Assembly (NCBI GenBank): GCA_964016885.1 | Contig: OZ024741.1 | Coordinates: forward strand, 313,348,001-313,412,000 | Source of the DNA: Eledone cirrhosa | Lineage: Eukaryota | Direction: 5' to 3' | DNA: 64,000 nucleotides | In this document: one piece after another, positions 12,487 to 26,120 of the stretch | Layout: the number at the start of each line of letters is the position of its first letter | Position numbering within the stretch: the stretch's first letter is position 1 | Program-made: the position numbers and the translations under genes | Notes under the pieces: generated by a model | Databases searched by the model: none | Told to the model about the DNA's origin: nothing | Seen by the model: the letters and a program-made list of their open reading frames with translations, nothing else

Positions 12487-14302
12487 TATTTGTTTATTGA
12501 AAAAAGGCCAACAAAGATTTAATATAATATGTCTGTTTGGAACAGGTTTTGAATTGACCAATAGAAAGGTAGTAAGTGGTCAAGTTAATCGAATAGTAGT
12601 AGTAGAAATTTAATTTAGGGGTTGAGTAATGCAGACTTCAGTTTTTAAAGGAAAGAATACTTTGAATGAAAAGATTACTCTGGGGATGAAAAGAGGTCAA
12701 GCCGGTGAAAGGTACTCGAACATTTGATGTTATTAAAGGATAATGCTAATGCTAAAATCGAAGGAGAATAACATTTTAGGGTAAATGTGTTAGTTAAAAA
12801 TACCAATCTTATTTAAAATACAAGGAATTTAGATCTATAACAAGAAATTAAATTAATTTAATTGATAGGTATACTTATAGGGATACATTTATATTAATTC
12901 ATATAGATGTGATAAATAAGATTAGATGTTATTAAAAAACGAAGGAAAAAAATTGTTGGTATAAATGTATTAGTGAGAATAAAAAATCTATATAGACTAC
13001 AAGGAATTTAGATTCATAAACGGAAATTAAAATAGTTTATATGTATACTTATAGGCATTCATTTTTGGAAAATATAGCTGTAAAAGGGAAATACAATTAT
13101 GAAGTTCTCAGTAGTAAAATACTAATTATAGGTTAACTAAGTTAAAAAAACTAATTTTAATAATTTGTAAAATATAAATGTAAGGTGTATAATAATTAGG
13201 TTTATACTACTTGAAAGTTCTTATAATTCTATGATTGCACGATATAATTCATTCTTGTTGCGCTTATTTAATAGGATTTCCTTAGATTTCATTATTTCAA
13301 AAAGTTCCTGGGAGCATAATCTCACTCATATCTATTATTTTGATAAAGGGTGGCCCGTTTTGAGCACACTCCAGGTCAGGGTATAATCGATATTCTTTTT
13401 TCTATAATTATTAATTATTTCAGCCAAGGATGTTGTATTAGCTGATGCGGCATTTTAAAACTATGTTTGTGGGCATTACACCTTACTTTAAATTGGTTAG
13501 AAGTAGTTCCTATATATGAATAAGTTGAGTCCTTAGTGCTAATTATACATTTATATACTATGTTATTAATAAGACAATTTCCTTTTAATTGGCAATTTCC
13601 TTTATTTCTACAGTTACAACCATTCGTGAATATTATATCAGGGGAGATAGTCAAATTTGGTCTGGAATTTACTCGACTTGTTATATATGAAGAAGATGGT
13701 AGTTTGTTGCGGTTTATTTTAATATTATGGTTAGTTTGATGTGTTGGTGGTATATTCATGTTTTTTTAACATTTATATGCATTGTAGGCACTTATATTTT
13801 GTTGTATGTTTTTGGTAGTGGAGTAGGACAATTTGATAGTATTTTCCCAGAGTGGTAAATTAATATGTTTTCTTAATTGTGGGATGACATAACTGTAAAT
13901 CTGTACCACGTGGATATTGATAATTACAATGAGTTCATTTATAAAGAACTCAGGAAAAATTATAAAAATACAAATAATGCGGCTCTTAATAATATCAACA
14001 GCAAAACACACAACATAGTAAATAAACTCAATATTGAAGATAGAACTGAACCTTTGGCACTGAAAAATACCACACTTTAACGTGAACGATTACAAATCTA
14101 ACTTTAACTCTAATCCTTCTATAATACGTATATGCCCTTCCAAATCTGACCTTGGCATCATTAGTAAATAAATTTTAGACAGAGTCATCCCACAATTAAG
14201 AAAACATGTTAATTTACCACTCTGGGAAAACACATACCAGGTAATTAACTGGTTTACTAATATTAGAAATAAATCATCTGCTTCATATCTACAATTCGAT
14301 AT

Positions 14303-14912
14303 GGTGGCTGCCAACTCGTTTTCGAGTACGGCCACTACTTTATATCCATGTAGGAGAACGCCTACCGATGCGCTAAACAAGTGTGACTTTTTAGTCCAGC
14401 CAGTGACTTGAAAACTCTGGTACAAACACTACACTTGTGACAATTATTGACACATAGTGCAGGGCCCTTGGTACCATGTGATGACAAGTGCAGAGAGATC
14501 TCCAGATATAAAGCAATGCTTGTGCCGTGAAGCTTTTATAGTGAGCAAAGGCACTGCACAAAGCCAGTCCCACTCTCTTAACCAAGATGATATTTACCAA
14601 AAAGAAGAACAAGTCAACATCATTGGATACCATCAGAGTTGCAGGTGTTATATCAGAGTTTTCCTTCTCCTAGAATTCTGCCTTGACAAAGGCTAAGGGG
14701 TCATCTCTCCCGGTGATTTTGGATGACCATTGACTCTTAAGAGCTCCTTTGCCCTTTGACAGGTTTTGTTTTTAGTCCTGCAGGATGTCCAAAGTCACCA
14801 TCCTCACCAAGAAACCTTGGTGGGGTTGCCAGTTTAGTCGCCAACGACCCGACCATGAGACAGGTTGTACTGGGATACATGTTACCAGTAGCACCAACTG
14901 GTGACCTGACAT
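14303..14912. mobile_element. Unclassified 610-bp non-coding insertion in the PLE-D RT
   Basis: 10-bp TSD aattcgatat (14293-14302, 14913-14922) splitting the QFDI-D motif; partial second copy at ~6603-6802. Confidence 0.8.
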
Positions 14913-17077
14913 AATTCGATATAGATGCTTATTAACCCACTATTTCACTCATACTCCTGAACAAAGCCTTGATATTTGCCAACAATAGATCAAACTTAAC
15001 TATGGATGACATTAATATTATCACGCACGCTAGACAAACACTACTGGAATTTCAGAAGGAATACTGGACCAGAAATACATACAGCAATTATTCGACATTA
15101 CTATGGGTTCTAGTGATTCTGCCCAAATTACCGATCTTGTGGGCCTCTTTCTTCTATTTAACATAAATGCTTCTTTTCCCCACATTAAAGGTGGTTTATA
15201 TCGCGATTACTGTCTTCTTCTCTCCACTAACCTTAACCTATGATAAATTGAAAAAAATAAAACACTTAGAACTTTCCTCAAAGACTATTATAGTCTCACT
15301 ATTACATTTGAAAACCCCAGTAAAGTAGTTAATTTCTTTGATATAACTTTAGACTTATCTACGGGTATCTACCAACCTTACCATAAACCTAACCAAAACT
15401 TACATCACATACACTCACAATCCAATCACCCTAGATCTATAACATTCCTAATAATCAGACTAAAACACCTAAATCAGTTAACCTAACTAAACCTATATAT
15501 AATAAATTCACTAATACTAACTCTCTTAGTAAACATCCTGAGACATCGTATAAATATAAAAAACAACATCGACACCGTAATAGACAAGTTACTTGGTATA
15601 ATGCTCCATTTAACCTACATATTAAAGATAACATCCCTAAAAAAATGTTTACTATCCTAGAGAAAAATTTCCCGCCAAACCATAAATACTATCACATTTT
15701 AAATAGATCAACGGCCAAATTTTCCTAGTCCAGTAACAAAAACATACAACAAAATATAAGTGCCTACAATGCATATAAATGTAAAAAAAACATGAATATA
15801 CCACCAGCACATCAAACTAACCATAATATTAAAATAAACCGCAACAAACCACCATCTCCTTCACATATAAGAAGTCTAGTAAATTACACACCGAATTTGA
15901 CTAACTCCGCTGATATAATATTCACGAATGGTTGTAACTGTAGAAACAAAGGAAATTGTCTTATTAATAACATAGTATATACATGTATAATTAGCACTAA
16001 GGACTCAACTTATTCATATATAGGAGCTACTTCTAACCAATTTAAAGTATGATTTAATACCCACAAACATAGTTTTAAAATGCCGCATTAGCTAATACAA
16101 CATCATTGGCTGAAATAATTAATAATTATAGAAAAAAAGAATATCGATTATAACCTGACCTGGAGTGTGCTCAAAAGGGGCCACCCCTTAACAAAATAAC
16201 AGATACGAGTGTAGATTATGCTCCCAGGACATTTTTGAAATAATGAAATCTAAGGATATCCTATGAAATAAGCGACAATAATTAATTATATCGTGCAATC
16301 ATAGAATTAGAAGAACTTTCAAATATTATAAACCTAATTAATATACACCTTACATTTATATTTTACAAATTATTATAATTATTTGTTTAATATAGTTAAC
16401 CCATAAGTAGTATTTTACTACTGACAACTTCATAATTTTATTTCCCTTTTACAGGTATCTTTTCCTAAAATTAATACCTATAAGTATAGATATAAACTAT
16501 TTTAATTTCCTGTTATGAATCTAAATTCCTTGTAGTCTATATAAGTTTGTGATTTCTCACTAATACATTTATGCCAACATTTTTTTTCCTTCGTTTTTAA
16601 CAACATTCTTTAATAACATCTAACTCTTATTTATCAAATCTATATAAATTAAAATAAATTTATCCCTATAAGTATACCTATCAATTAAATTAATTTAATT
16701 TCTTGTTATAGATCTAAATTCCTTGTATTTTAAATAAGATTTGTATTTCGCACGAACACATTTACCCTAAAATTTTATTCTCCTTCTATTTTAACATTAG
16801 CATTATCCTTTAATAACATCAAATTTTCGTGTACCTTTCACCGGCTTGACCTCTTTTCATCCCCAAAGTAATCTTTTCATTCAAAGTATTCTTTCCATTC
16901 AAAACTGAGGTCTGAATTCCTCTACCGCTCAATTAAATTCCTACTACTACTATTCTATCAACTTGACCACTTACTACTTTTCTACTGGTCAATTCAAAAC
17001 CTGTTCCAAACAGACCTATTATATTAAATCTCTGTTGGCCTTTTTTTAATAAACAAATATCATTATTTCTGAAGACA

Positions 17078-17469
17078 AGGCGGTGAATTGGCAGTATCGG
17101 TAGAGGGTCGGAGACCATGCGTTGACGCATAGAGTTACGGGCCTTGCCATTCTGAGTTCAAATCCCGCCGAAGTTTACCTTGCCTTTCATCCTTACGGGG
17201 TCGATAAAATCAAGTACCAGTAATGCACTAGGTAATTGCTGGCCTTGTGCCAAAAGTAGAAACAATTATTTCTGAAGACAAGGAAGGGGATTGGCAGTAT
17301 CGGTAGAGGGTCGGACGTCATGCTTTGAAGCATAGAGTTACGGCCCTTTATGGTCTGATTTCAAATCCCGCCGAGGTTAACTTTGCCTTTCATCCTTACG
17401 GGGTCGATAAAATAAAGTACCAGTAATGTACTGAGTAATTTTCTGGCCTTGTGCCAAAAAGTAGAAACA
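17078..17469 (+). mobile_element. Two tandem SINEs (tRNA-like head)
   Basis: Copies 17078-17264 and 17281-17469; A-box-like tggcagtatcgg, B-box-like gagttcaaatccc; 16-bp repeat attatttctgaagaca at 17062, 17265 and 17470. Confidence 0.85.
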
Positions 17470-17605
17470 ATTATTTCTGAAGACAGCATATATATGTGTA
17501 GGTATGTATATTTCGTCTGATAGTTTGTAAAATGTTTACATAGATCTATATGAGATACATACCAACACACACATATATATCCTAGAAACGATCGTAATAT
17601 GATGA
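17470..17605 (+). ncRNA. Hammerhead ribozyme, PLE-D 3' pLTR
   Basis: CTGAAGA 17477-17483, long stem II, GAAA CGATCG TA 17585-17596; stem I weakened. Confidence 0.55.
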
Positions 17606-17656
17606 ATTTTTTAATATAAGGAACTATTTCTTTGTTTTTATTCATTGTTTTTATTA

Positions 17657-17741
<85 letters not shown>

Positions 17742-17769
17742 TATAAATACATATATAGATACATATATA

Positions 17770-19925
17770 TAGTCTAAAAAAGTTCTTTCGTTGCACATCT
17801 GCAACACCATATGTGGTACTATTATGTATCCCCATCTGTTGTATTGCAAGTCTACGCCACTTTTATTTTATCTGTTTATTTATTTATTTTTATTTATGTT
17901 TGTCTTCGTCCCTGCGCATGCGTTGGCGTGTGTGTATAGTGTTTGGTGTGTGTGTTCGCGTTTGGGTAACTGTGTTTTGATTATTGGATTCTATCTTAGT
18001 TTATTAGTGTGTCTTTATATGTCTTTCTTGTTATTGTGCTTGTGTATTTATTCATTTATTATTTATTTATATTTCTATTAAGTCAGTATTGTTTGTTTGG
18101 GTGTTGTTATTCCATTCATTTTTTTCTGTTTAGCTTTGTCTTTTTAAGCTCTGTTTCTTTTAATTCCCCCCAATGTTGGTCTATACTTTCTCCTATGCAT
18201 CGAGCTGTCGGGCCTATGTATGGTGTTGTCATGTTTCTGCAACTAGCCTCTGTACATCTTAAGCTATAGACTACATTTCTAGTTTTACAGTTTATCTGGA
18301 TGTTTACTTTACATATAGCACATTTCTTATTTGTACAGTGGGGTTTCTTAAAAGGGTGTGTTTTGTTGATTAGGGATTTCATGGTATTTCCTGGTTTTTC
18401 TAACTCTTTAATCTTTAAGTGGGTCTTTCTCAGGGCCTTTCTACATCGGTTAGCTAATTTCCCTCCAGGGGTAGCGTCCACGAATATGACACTCTGGTAT
18501 CTCTGGTTGTGGTACCATGAGGTCGCTTGCCTATCTTATGTCTAGTCCTATCTAAGCTATTCCGTGATTTGCTCCTGTATAATGGGCAAATTCCTTTCAT
18601 CTCCAGTTCTATGGGGGTCTTATACTTCTCAGTGGTTCCTTTGTATACTCTGATTCTGTCTCTTTGGTTGTAGCCAGAGAAATGCAAGCGCTTTATGAAG
18701 TGTTGGATGTGTCTTTCCATTTCTGTTGGGTCGCACATGCGGGACAGGTTCTTAATCACTCGTAGCAAGTCTGCGATCAGAATATTAAAATTAGCAGTAC
18801 TGAACATTGCTGAGTATTTGAGTAACATGTATTTGGACGCCATGGGTTTAGCGTAGTGTGAGTGGGGAATTTCGAGTCTGTCGTATATAGTGTTAATCCA
18901 CAGTTCCGTGTCTAATACAGGTAGTCTATTATTAGGGTGATCGGAAGGGTATTCAATAGTTGAAGGGTATTCAATCCATTGTGCTATATTCTAATTTTTA
19001 TTCGTTAGTATTCTCTTGTGGCGGTGTCCTTTTTACTATATTAATATTGACTGCGTAACGAGAGTATATGATGAGGTCAATGGAGCTCTCTTCAAGGAGA
19101 TTTTTGAGTCTCATTTCCCACCAAACCATAAAAAGGTTGGCAACATCACCAGCTATGCTGATCCAAATGGCTGCTGCCTCATTTTGGGTGTACATCTTTA
19201 CGTTAAATTTTACTATATAGGCCTTTAGGGTAGGTTTAACACGAGCCCCCATTTAATGCGCGACCATTTGTCTCACCTGATCATTGTTTTGGGGTGTTGG
19301 TATGCCTTTAGTCCACCAAATTCACCCTCCCATGGGAGTCGTTTTTGCCATTGAGGTTATGGGTCTACTAGGGAAGAAACTGATAAGAACACGGCTGTCT
19401 AGGTACTCGGTGTCCTAGGTAAGTCTAAGTATGAGGCCCAGTTCATCTGAGTCGACGTTGCAGACCACAACCTCACTCTCACTGATTAACTCCACAAGTT
19501 TCCACAGCAAAATCATTGTTAATGGATGGTTATAGAGATACAACCTCCATACTGTGTATTATGCAGTTAGATAGGTTTTTGTTTTTGTTGCACTCATTGA
19601 TTCGGCTGAGGAGTTCTTTTGTACTGTCACATAAATCTGGGGACATCTTGGTTATGGGGCGCATAACCACTGAGTGGAACTAGGAGATCCTGTAGTTACT
19701 AGCGATATTGGCTCCGCATACAAGCCTTGTTGGTAGATCTGTCGTCGGGTCGTCGAGTATCTTATGGTCTTTGAAGAGCACATATAAGGGTGGTATGTCA
19801 TTGTTAGACGCGTGGATGTTCATAGCAGTTGGTCTGCTTAGCTTTAGGATGTCGGTCCTCATCATCATGTGAGCGTTGACGATCTCCTCTCACCCCTCAT
19901 GTGTTTGTTGTGTAATTTCGCCTGG
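17770..19925 (-). mobile_element. Decayed Neptune-like PLE-E, copy 1
   Basis: Minus ORFs: ISIAGDVANLFM, IYSRY, linker CTNKKCAIC, EN NVVYSLRC-x4-C..YIG. Confidence 0.8.
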
Positions 19926-20566
19926 CGATATATTTGTTTGTATGTGTGTGTGTGTGTGTTTATATATATATATATACAGTATATATTATATATATGTAAA
20001 AGGTAAACTGAAATAACAAGACAATCGGTAGAGTATATGGAAGGGATATATTAGGTTAAAGTTGATAAAGCAGGAATAGCGTCTCAGCATTTTGGACATT
20101 AGTCCTTCATTAGAAGAAAGAATGAGAAATGAAATAGATTGAGGGGAGGGTTGCGTTGGAATTGGAAAACATGTCCTCAGATAAAAATAACAAGTTCATT
20201 TATGTTGAGATCTCTTGCAGTGTGTGTATGTATGTGCATGCGTGTGTGTTTATTTAAATGTAAGAAAGTTGCAATTACATATCGTAGTAACTGGTAGAAC
20301 ATGGGAAGATTTGGAAAGATTATATATGTTTTTTTGTTCTTATAATATTGTTTGTTTCTTTTATAATGTTTGTAATATTGCATTTAACTGAACTAAATAT
20401 CCATGTATATTTTATAGAGGATCCATATAATATTCAATAAATATATAAGTTCATTTGTTTATCACAAGAACAATATAATCTGAAAATTTCGTATGGAATT
20501 GTATCATTGATATCTGTATGTAATTAATAATATCTTCAACATTATCATATATATTGATAGTTTTAG

Positions 20567-20701
20567 AATGCCCAGCAGGAACGTTTGGTGTTGCTTGTAA
20601 AGGGACCTGCCATTGTATCAATAATATTAACTGTGACAAGCGAAATGGAATATGTTTAGATGGATGTTCTGCAGATTATATTGGTGTCAATTGCCAAGAA
20701 G
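20567..20701 (+). pseudogene. EGF exon 4, open frame but donor mutated
   Basis: ECPAGTFGVACKGTCHCINNINCDKRNGICLDGCSADYIGVNCQE, all 8 Cys; donor reads CT (GAAG|ctatct); a GC donor one base earlier would frameshift. Confidence 0.65.
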
Positions 20702-20747
20702 CTATCTCATAAAATTGTTACGTACTTACTACACACACACACACACA

Positions 20748-20781
<34 letters not shown>

Positions 20782-20823
20782 TACGCACACACACACACAC
20801 ACACGCGCACGCACACACACACA

Positions 20824-20871
<48 letters not shown>

Positions 20872-21431
20872 CATACACACACATATATATATATATATAT
20901 ATGTAAATATACATTTATATATATACAGTATATGCCGGTTTCAAAGTTGATCCGTTGCATAGGTCTACCCATCAAATGTTGTGGTATAATTCAGGTTGAG
21001 ACCTATATACGCCGGTTGAGACGACACCCCAGGTATAAGCCATTACCACCTCCCCAGCCGTAGATATGCTTGCTGTTGTTTATTTGCACTAAATATAAAA
21101 TATGGAAATTAACACTAAATAGTTGTAAAATATAAATGCATGTGGGAAAGTACAATTGGTAAAATTTATTTATTATTTAACAAAAAGACTTAACTGAACT
21201 GTTTTATTAGTAAACAACATGCTACCACACCGTCACTTGATATATGCTAATTTAAAAAACCTAAATATTCCTTACCCAATGTATAACAGCATAACATGGC
21301 GATAACTGTTTATTTGCTCCGGTTTTGTTTTGTGGGGAAATTAGAGCAGATTTTCCGACAGTTTAGGTAATTCAGTGAATCAGTATACCATTAATCTTAT
21401 AACTATGATATTCATTATAATATTATATATG

Positions 21432-21526
<95 letters not shown>

Positions 21527-21529
<3 letters not shown>

Positions 21530-22240
21530 ATTGGAGGCTTAGTAAAATCGAATCTTTGGCGGTGTGCAAGCAAATTCGACCTGCGATATGAATGAGTTAG
21601 CAAATCACTCGACATGGTAGCTCCTTACAGTAATAACATATGTTTAAATAGATTGACAAATTGAACATTGTGTTAGGAAAAACCTATCACACAATACCAA
21701 AGTAACGAAAGAACTAACAGGTTGAAGAAATACACCTGGACAAATCAAACATTATACGTTTAAAGTGTTTCTATGAATCCGAAATCAAATATCAGACTTA
21801 CGTAGATGGCAAGTTCGTAGTATTCATGATCGAACAGAGGACTCATTTTATCAACATAAATTTCTGTCTACCAAAGAACGGGGCGAAACACTGAATGGTG
21901 CCGCTAACAGCAGCTATTCGAACATTCAGTTGTCACGTGTTATCTCCAACAAGGGAAATAACCCCCGGCTTTTTTGCGGGTCTTTCAAAGTGTTAGACAT
22001 AGGAAATATTATAATTCCTGCTAACATACAGTATAAGCTGTCAACCAGATGTTATTAAACAAACACAAATAATTAACCAATCAACAGTATTGTCGAATTA
22101 AATTAATTAGTTAATTATTAAATCTAGGAGAAAATAATATAATAATATAATTGGAGGGTTAGTAAAATCGAATCACTGGCGATAAGAATGAGTTAACAAA
22201 CCACTCGACAAGGTAGGTCCTTAGAGTAGTAACATACGTT

Positions 22241-22246
<6 letters not shown>
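21527..22246. mobile_element. Non-coding element with ~125-bp terminal direct repeats in (TA)n, copy 1
   Basis: ataattggagg..gtttaaat at both ends; no ORF; second copy at 60958-61693. Confidence 0.7.
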
Positions 22247-22310
<64 letters not shown>

Positions 22311-22313
<3 letters not shown>

Positions 22314-22684
22314 GATATTAAATAAATGGAAACTATATTTATAAAACCATATCTATTTCATTATATATATTTCAGGGATATCATATTAACAATATGCTAT
22401 GCCTTCCTCAGACAAAATACAATATAAACAGTTTTATAGATAAATAGTTTTGACATACCGTAAAACATCGACTTGTATTTGAAAAGTTGAATTGGACTGC
22501 CAATTCAACTTTTCAAATACAAGTCGATGTTGTACGGTATGTCAAATCTATTTATCTATAAAACTGTTTATATTGTATTTTGTCTGAGGAAGGCATAGCA
22601 TATTGTTAATATGATATCCCTGAAATATATATAATGAAATAGATATGGTTTTATAAATATAGTTTCCATTTATTTAATATCGTA
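22311..22684. repeat. 374-bp near-perfect palindrome (inverted PLE pLTR fragment)
   Basis: 185-bp arms 22311-22495 and 22500-22684, loop actg, 2 mismatches by eye. Confidence 0.95.
22576..22641 (+). ncRNA. Type I hammerhead ribozyme in the palindrome arm (mirror copy on minus strand)
   Basis: tattttgt CTGAGGA [agg..catatt gtt aatatg..cct] GAAA TATATA TA atgaaata; 8-bp stem I with two G-U pairs. Confidence 0.7.
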
Positions 22685-22770
22685 AATATACTCCAAATAC
22701 TTGTCGAGTGCTTTTATATCAGTTATAAATATTTACTAGTTGTAACCCAACAATTTAAATATAACTTTCC

Positions 22771-22895
<125 letters not shown>

Positions 22896-23298
22896 TGAGA
22901 GTATGTTTGTAAATATGTAATTATATCTATACAGTATATATTATATATATATTTGTGTGTATGTGTGTGTGTCTGTGTGTGTTTTATTTAAATGTAAGAA
23001 TGTCAAAAATACATATCGCAGTAACTGGTAGAATATGTTAATATTTGGAAGGATTATAGATAATATTTTTCTTATAATATTGTATGTTACTTTCATAATG
23101 TTATTAACATTGCATTTAATTGAACTAAAAAACCAAGTATTTTTTATAAAGGATCGATATGATATTCAATAAATCTACAACTTCAATTGTTTAACACCTG
23201 ATCACTTTAACCTTGAAATTTAATATAAAATTGTATCATTGTTATATGTATGTAATTAATGATATCTTCAACATTATCATATATATTGATATTTTTAG

Positions 23299-23433
23299 AA
23301 TGCCGAGTAGGACACTTTGGTTTTGCTTGCAATGGGACATGTCATTGTATCAACAATATTAACTGTGACAAGCGAAATGGAAGATGTTTAGATGGATGTT
23401 CTGCAGGTTATACTGGTTTCAATTGCCAAGAAG
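23299..23433 (+). CDS. EGF-like repeat exon 5 (intact)
   Basis: AG/GT intact, 135 bp; [45 protein letters not shown]. Confidence 0.8.
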
Positions 23434-23660
23434 GTATCTTATATAATTGTTACGTAATTATTATACACACGCACACACACATACACAGACCCACAGACAC
23501 ACAGATACACACATATACATATATATATATATGAAATATTTAGGGTGTATATAAAAAATACTTATAACTGCATAAGGTTTTGTATTTACATAACCATAAA
23601 TAGTATAACTAATACTATTAACTGCTCCATATCGTTGAGCTGACATATAATATTGCCAAT

Positions 23661-26120
23661 ATGCTAATCAAAGACCAACTCCCCATGTCAACCAAGAACA
23701 TACCAATACCATCCAGGAATACATATGAGAAATTGCTGATCAACAGTGTAAATTCATTTATCAATAGAGTGAGATGGAGGATATTCCATTATGATAGAAA
23801 CAGATCTAACAACTTGAATAATACTAACAATTTTGACTCCTTCGGCTTTAAAACCTTTAAAAGCCCCCCTCATAACACACTACTTAACTCCTTTGAAAAT
23901 GACCTAGTTAAACTAGTTAAGAACATTAAATACAATAAGCACCATATTAGAAGCAACACCTTCTTAAACAAACTTAACACCTCTATTAATGGATTCAAAA
24001 CTAGTAATAAAATTATTGTACACGCAGATAAAACTAATAACATATACAGCATAGATTATAATACTTATAGAAAGTTTATATATAATGAACTACATAAAAG
24101 CTACAAAAAAAACACCTTGAAAAACATAGAAGATATTAATGTAGAGGGTTATAATATAGTGTCTAAACTAGGACTGCAGAGGCATACACAACCATTCACG
24201 CCAAACCCCCCTAGATTCTCTCTGAAGGACCATAAGGAGAACTTCATCAGCAACCCCACGATAAGACTTATCTGCCCTTCCAAGTCCGACATTGGTATTA
24301 TCAGCAAGAAGATTTTGGATAAAATCATCCCACAAATTAAGCACAAGATACACCTTAAACAATGGGGAAATACGGGTGAAGTGATTGAATGGTTCAAGGA
24401 TATCAAGAATAATAAGGACAAACAATTTATTCAATTTGATATCAATTCATACTACACCTCTATTTCCCCTATCCTATTAAATAAGGCACTTATCATGGCC
24501 ATGAGCAATAGCGACCTGACTAGAGCCCAGATTGATGTCATCCTTGCGGCCCGTAAAACCATAATCACCTTCGAGGACCAACTATGGACACGCAAGGATA
24601 CGCACAACAACTTCGACATAACCATGGGATCTAGTGACTCGAAGCAGGTCACTGATTTGGTCGGCCTATACCTTCTCAATGAAATCCATAAGGACCGCCC
24701 TTACCTCAACGGTGGTTTGTACCGCGATGATGCACTTCTACTTATAGAATATAAAAAATTTAATATAGAAAGAACTAGAAAACATTGCATAAGACATTCA
24801 AAAACTTTAACCTTAGTATTACCATGGACAAAAACACTAAAAATGTTAACTTCCTAGACGCCACACTATACCTAGACTCAAAAATATATACACCTTTCCA
24901 TAAGCCTAACGAGAAACTTATTTATGTAGATACCAAGTCTAATCACCCTAGATCAATATTAAACTCTATCTCTAAGGGGGTGTCCAATAGAATCTCTAGT
25001 CTGTCCTATGACGCAAACATATTTAGCAAAAACTCACAATATTACAATCAAGCATTAGCTAGCTCCGGCCATAATATAGAAATTGAGTTCCTACCTAAGA
25101 AAACACATAGCTACAACATCATCTCGCACAACATGTCCATGAGGAAACCTAATAATAGGAATAGCAACCACAAGTACACCAAAGCGGTGGGTGCCACTGG
25201 AAGTAACCATTACCACGGAAACTACTGTGGGGCCTTAGGAAGAAGCAACACACCAAACACTAAAAGCAAAAATAGAAGAAGAAATAATACATTTTTCAAC
25301 CCTCCTTTCAACCTAAATGTCTCCACCAACATACCTAGGGCTTTCTTCTCACTACTAGATAAAAACTTCCCTCAAGGACACGAGTACCACAACCTCTTAA
25401 ACAAAAACACCATTAAAATCTCATACTCTACGACGCCTAACTTAGCATACCACATAGCTAGCAGCAATAATAGTAAAATTAATTCTTACTTCCAACAAAC
25501 AAAATCACAACATGATGCAAACCCTCTAAATACCTCTGTAGCAAGCAACCATAGCAACGGCAGTAACAATAGAAATAACACTAGTATAAGTAATAACACC
25601 AGGGTTGACAACCCGATCGCCCAAAATCCTATAGCTACCACACAGACTCCCGCACTGCATTATAACCAGCGGACTAACGCACAGGATAATTGTAACTGTA
25701 GAGCTAATAGAACCTGCCCTTTAGATTAAAAAATGCCTAACCAAGGATATCATATACTCATGCACCGTCACGACTAGCAACTCTTCAGAAAACTATGTAG
25801 GCTCCACTTCTAACTGCTTCAAAATCAGATATAATTCGCACATCCACTCGTTCAAAAAGCACAGCCTAGCAAACTCCACCTCACTTTCTAGCTACATACA
25901 CTATCTAAAAACTAAAAATAAACCATACACACTCAAATGGGAAGTGATAGGCAGCGCGACCTCGTACAAACCACCTAATAAATTTTGTAACCTCTGTATA
26001 CTAGAGACACACAATATTATCTTCTCCAACCGTAACCTACTTAACAAAAAATCTGAGGTGTTTGCAACTTGCCAGCACCGCCTCAGACATTCCTTCCAAA
26101 ACTTTAAGCCCAATGTATAG
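23661..26120 (+). pseudogene. PLE-C RT/GIY-YIG endonuclease ORF with two frameshifts
   Basis: STKNIP, ADKT, QFDINSYY, MGSSD, GGLYRDD, FLD, FFNPPF, CNCRANRTCPL, IIY..YVG, CNLC, CQH; shifts near 24785 and 25728, both in A-runs; stop TAG 26118-26120. Confidence 0.9.

Larger units (their letters stand above)
12170..17660 (+). mobile_element. Naiad-like PLE-D, 5'-truncated, with ~1.7-kb inverted 5' arm
   Basis: + strand RT/EN remnants 13890-16330 (CPSKSDLG, QFDI, GGLYRD, GCNCRNKGNC, IVY..YIG); 12170-13888 is an inverted copy of the 3' part; contains nested insertions. Confidence 0.9.

Noticed and set aside
17078-17170. tRNA gene
   Set aside because: A/B-box-like head only, followed by SINE body and TSD; no full cloverleaf.
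17062-17485. CRISPR-like repeat-spacer pattern
   Set aside because: The spacers are two homologous SINEs, the repeats are TSDs, the context is eukaryotic and there are no cas genes.
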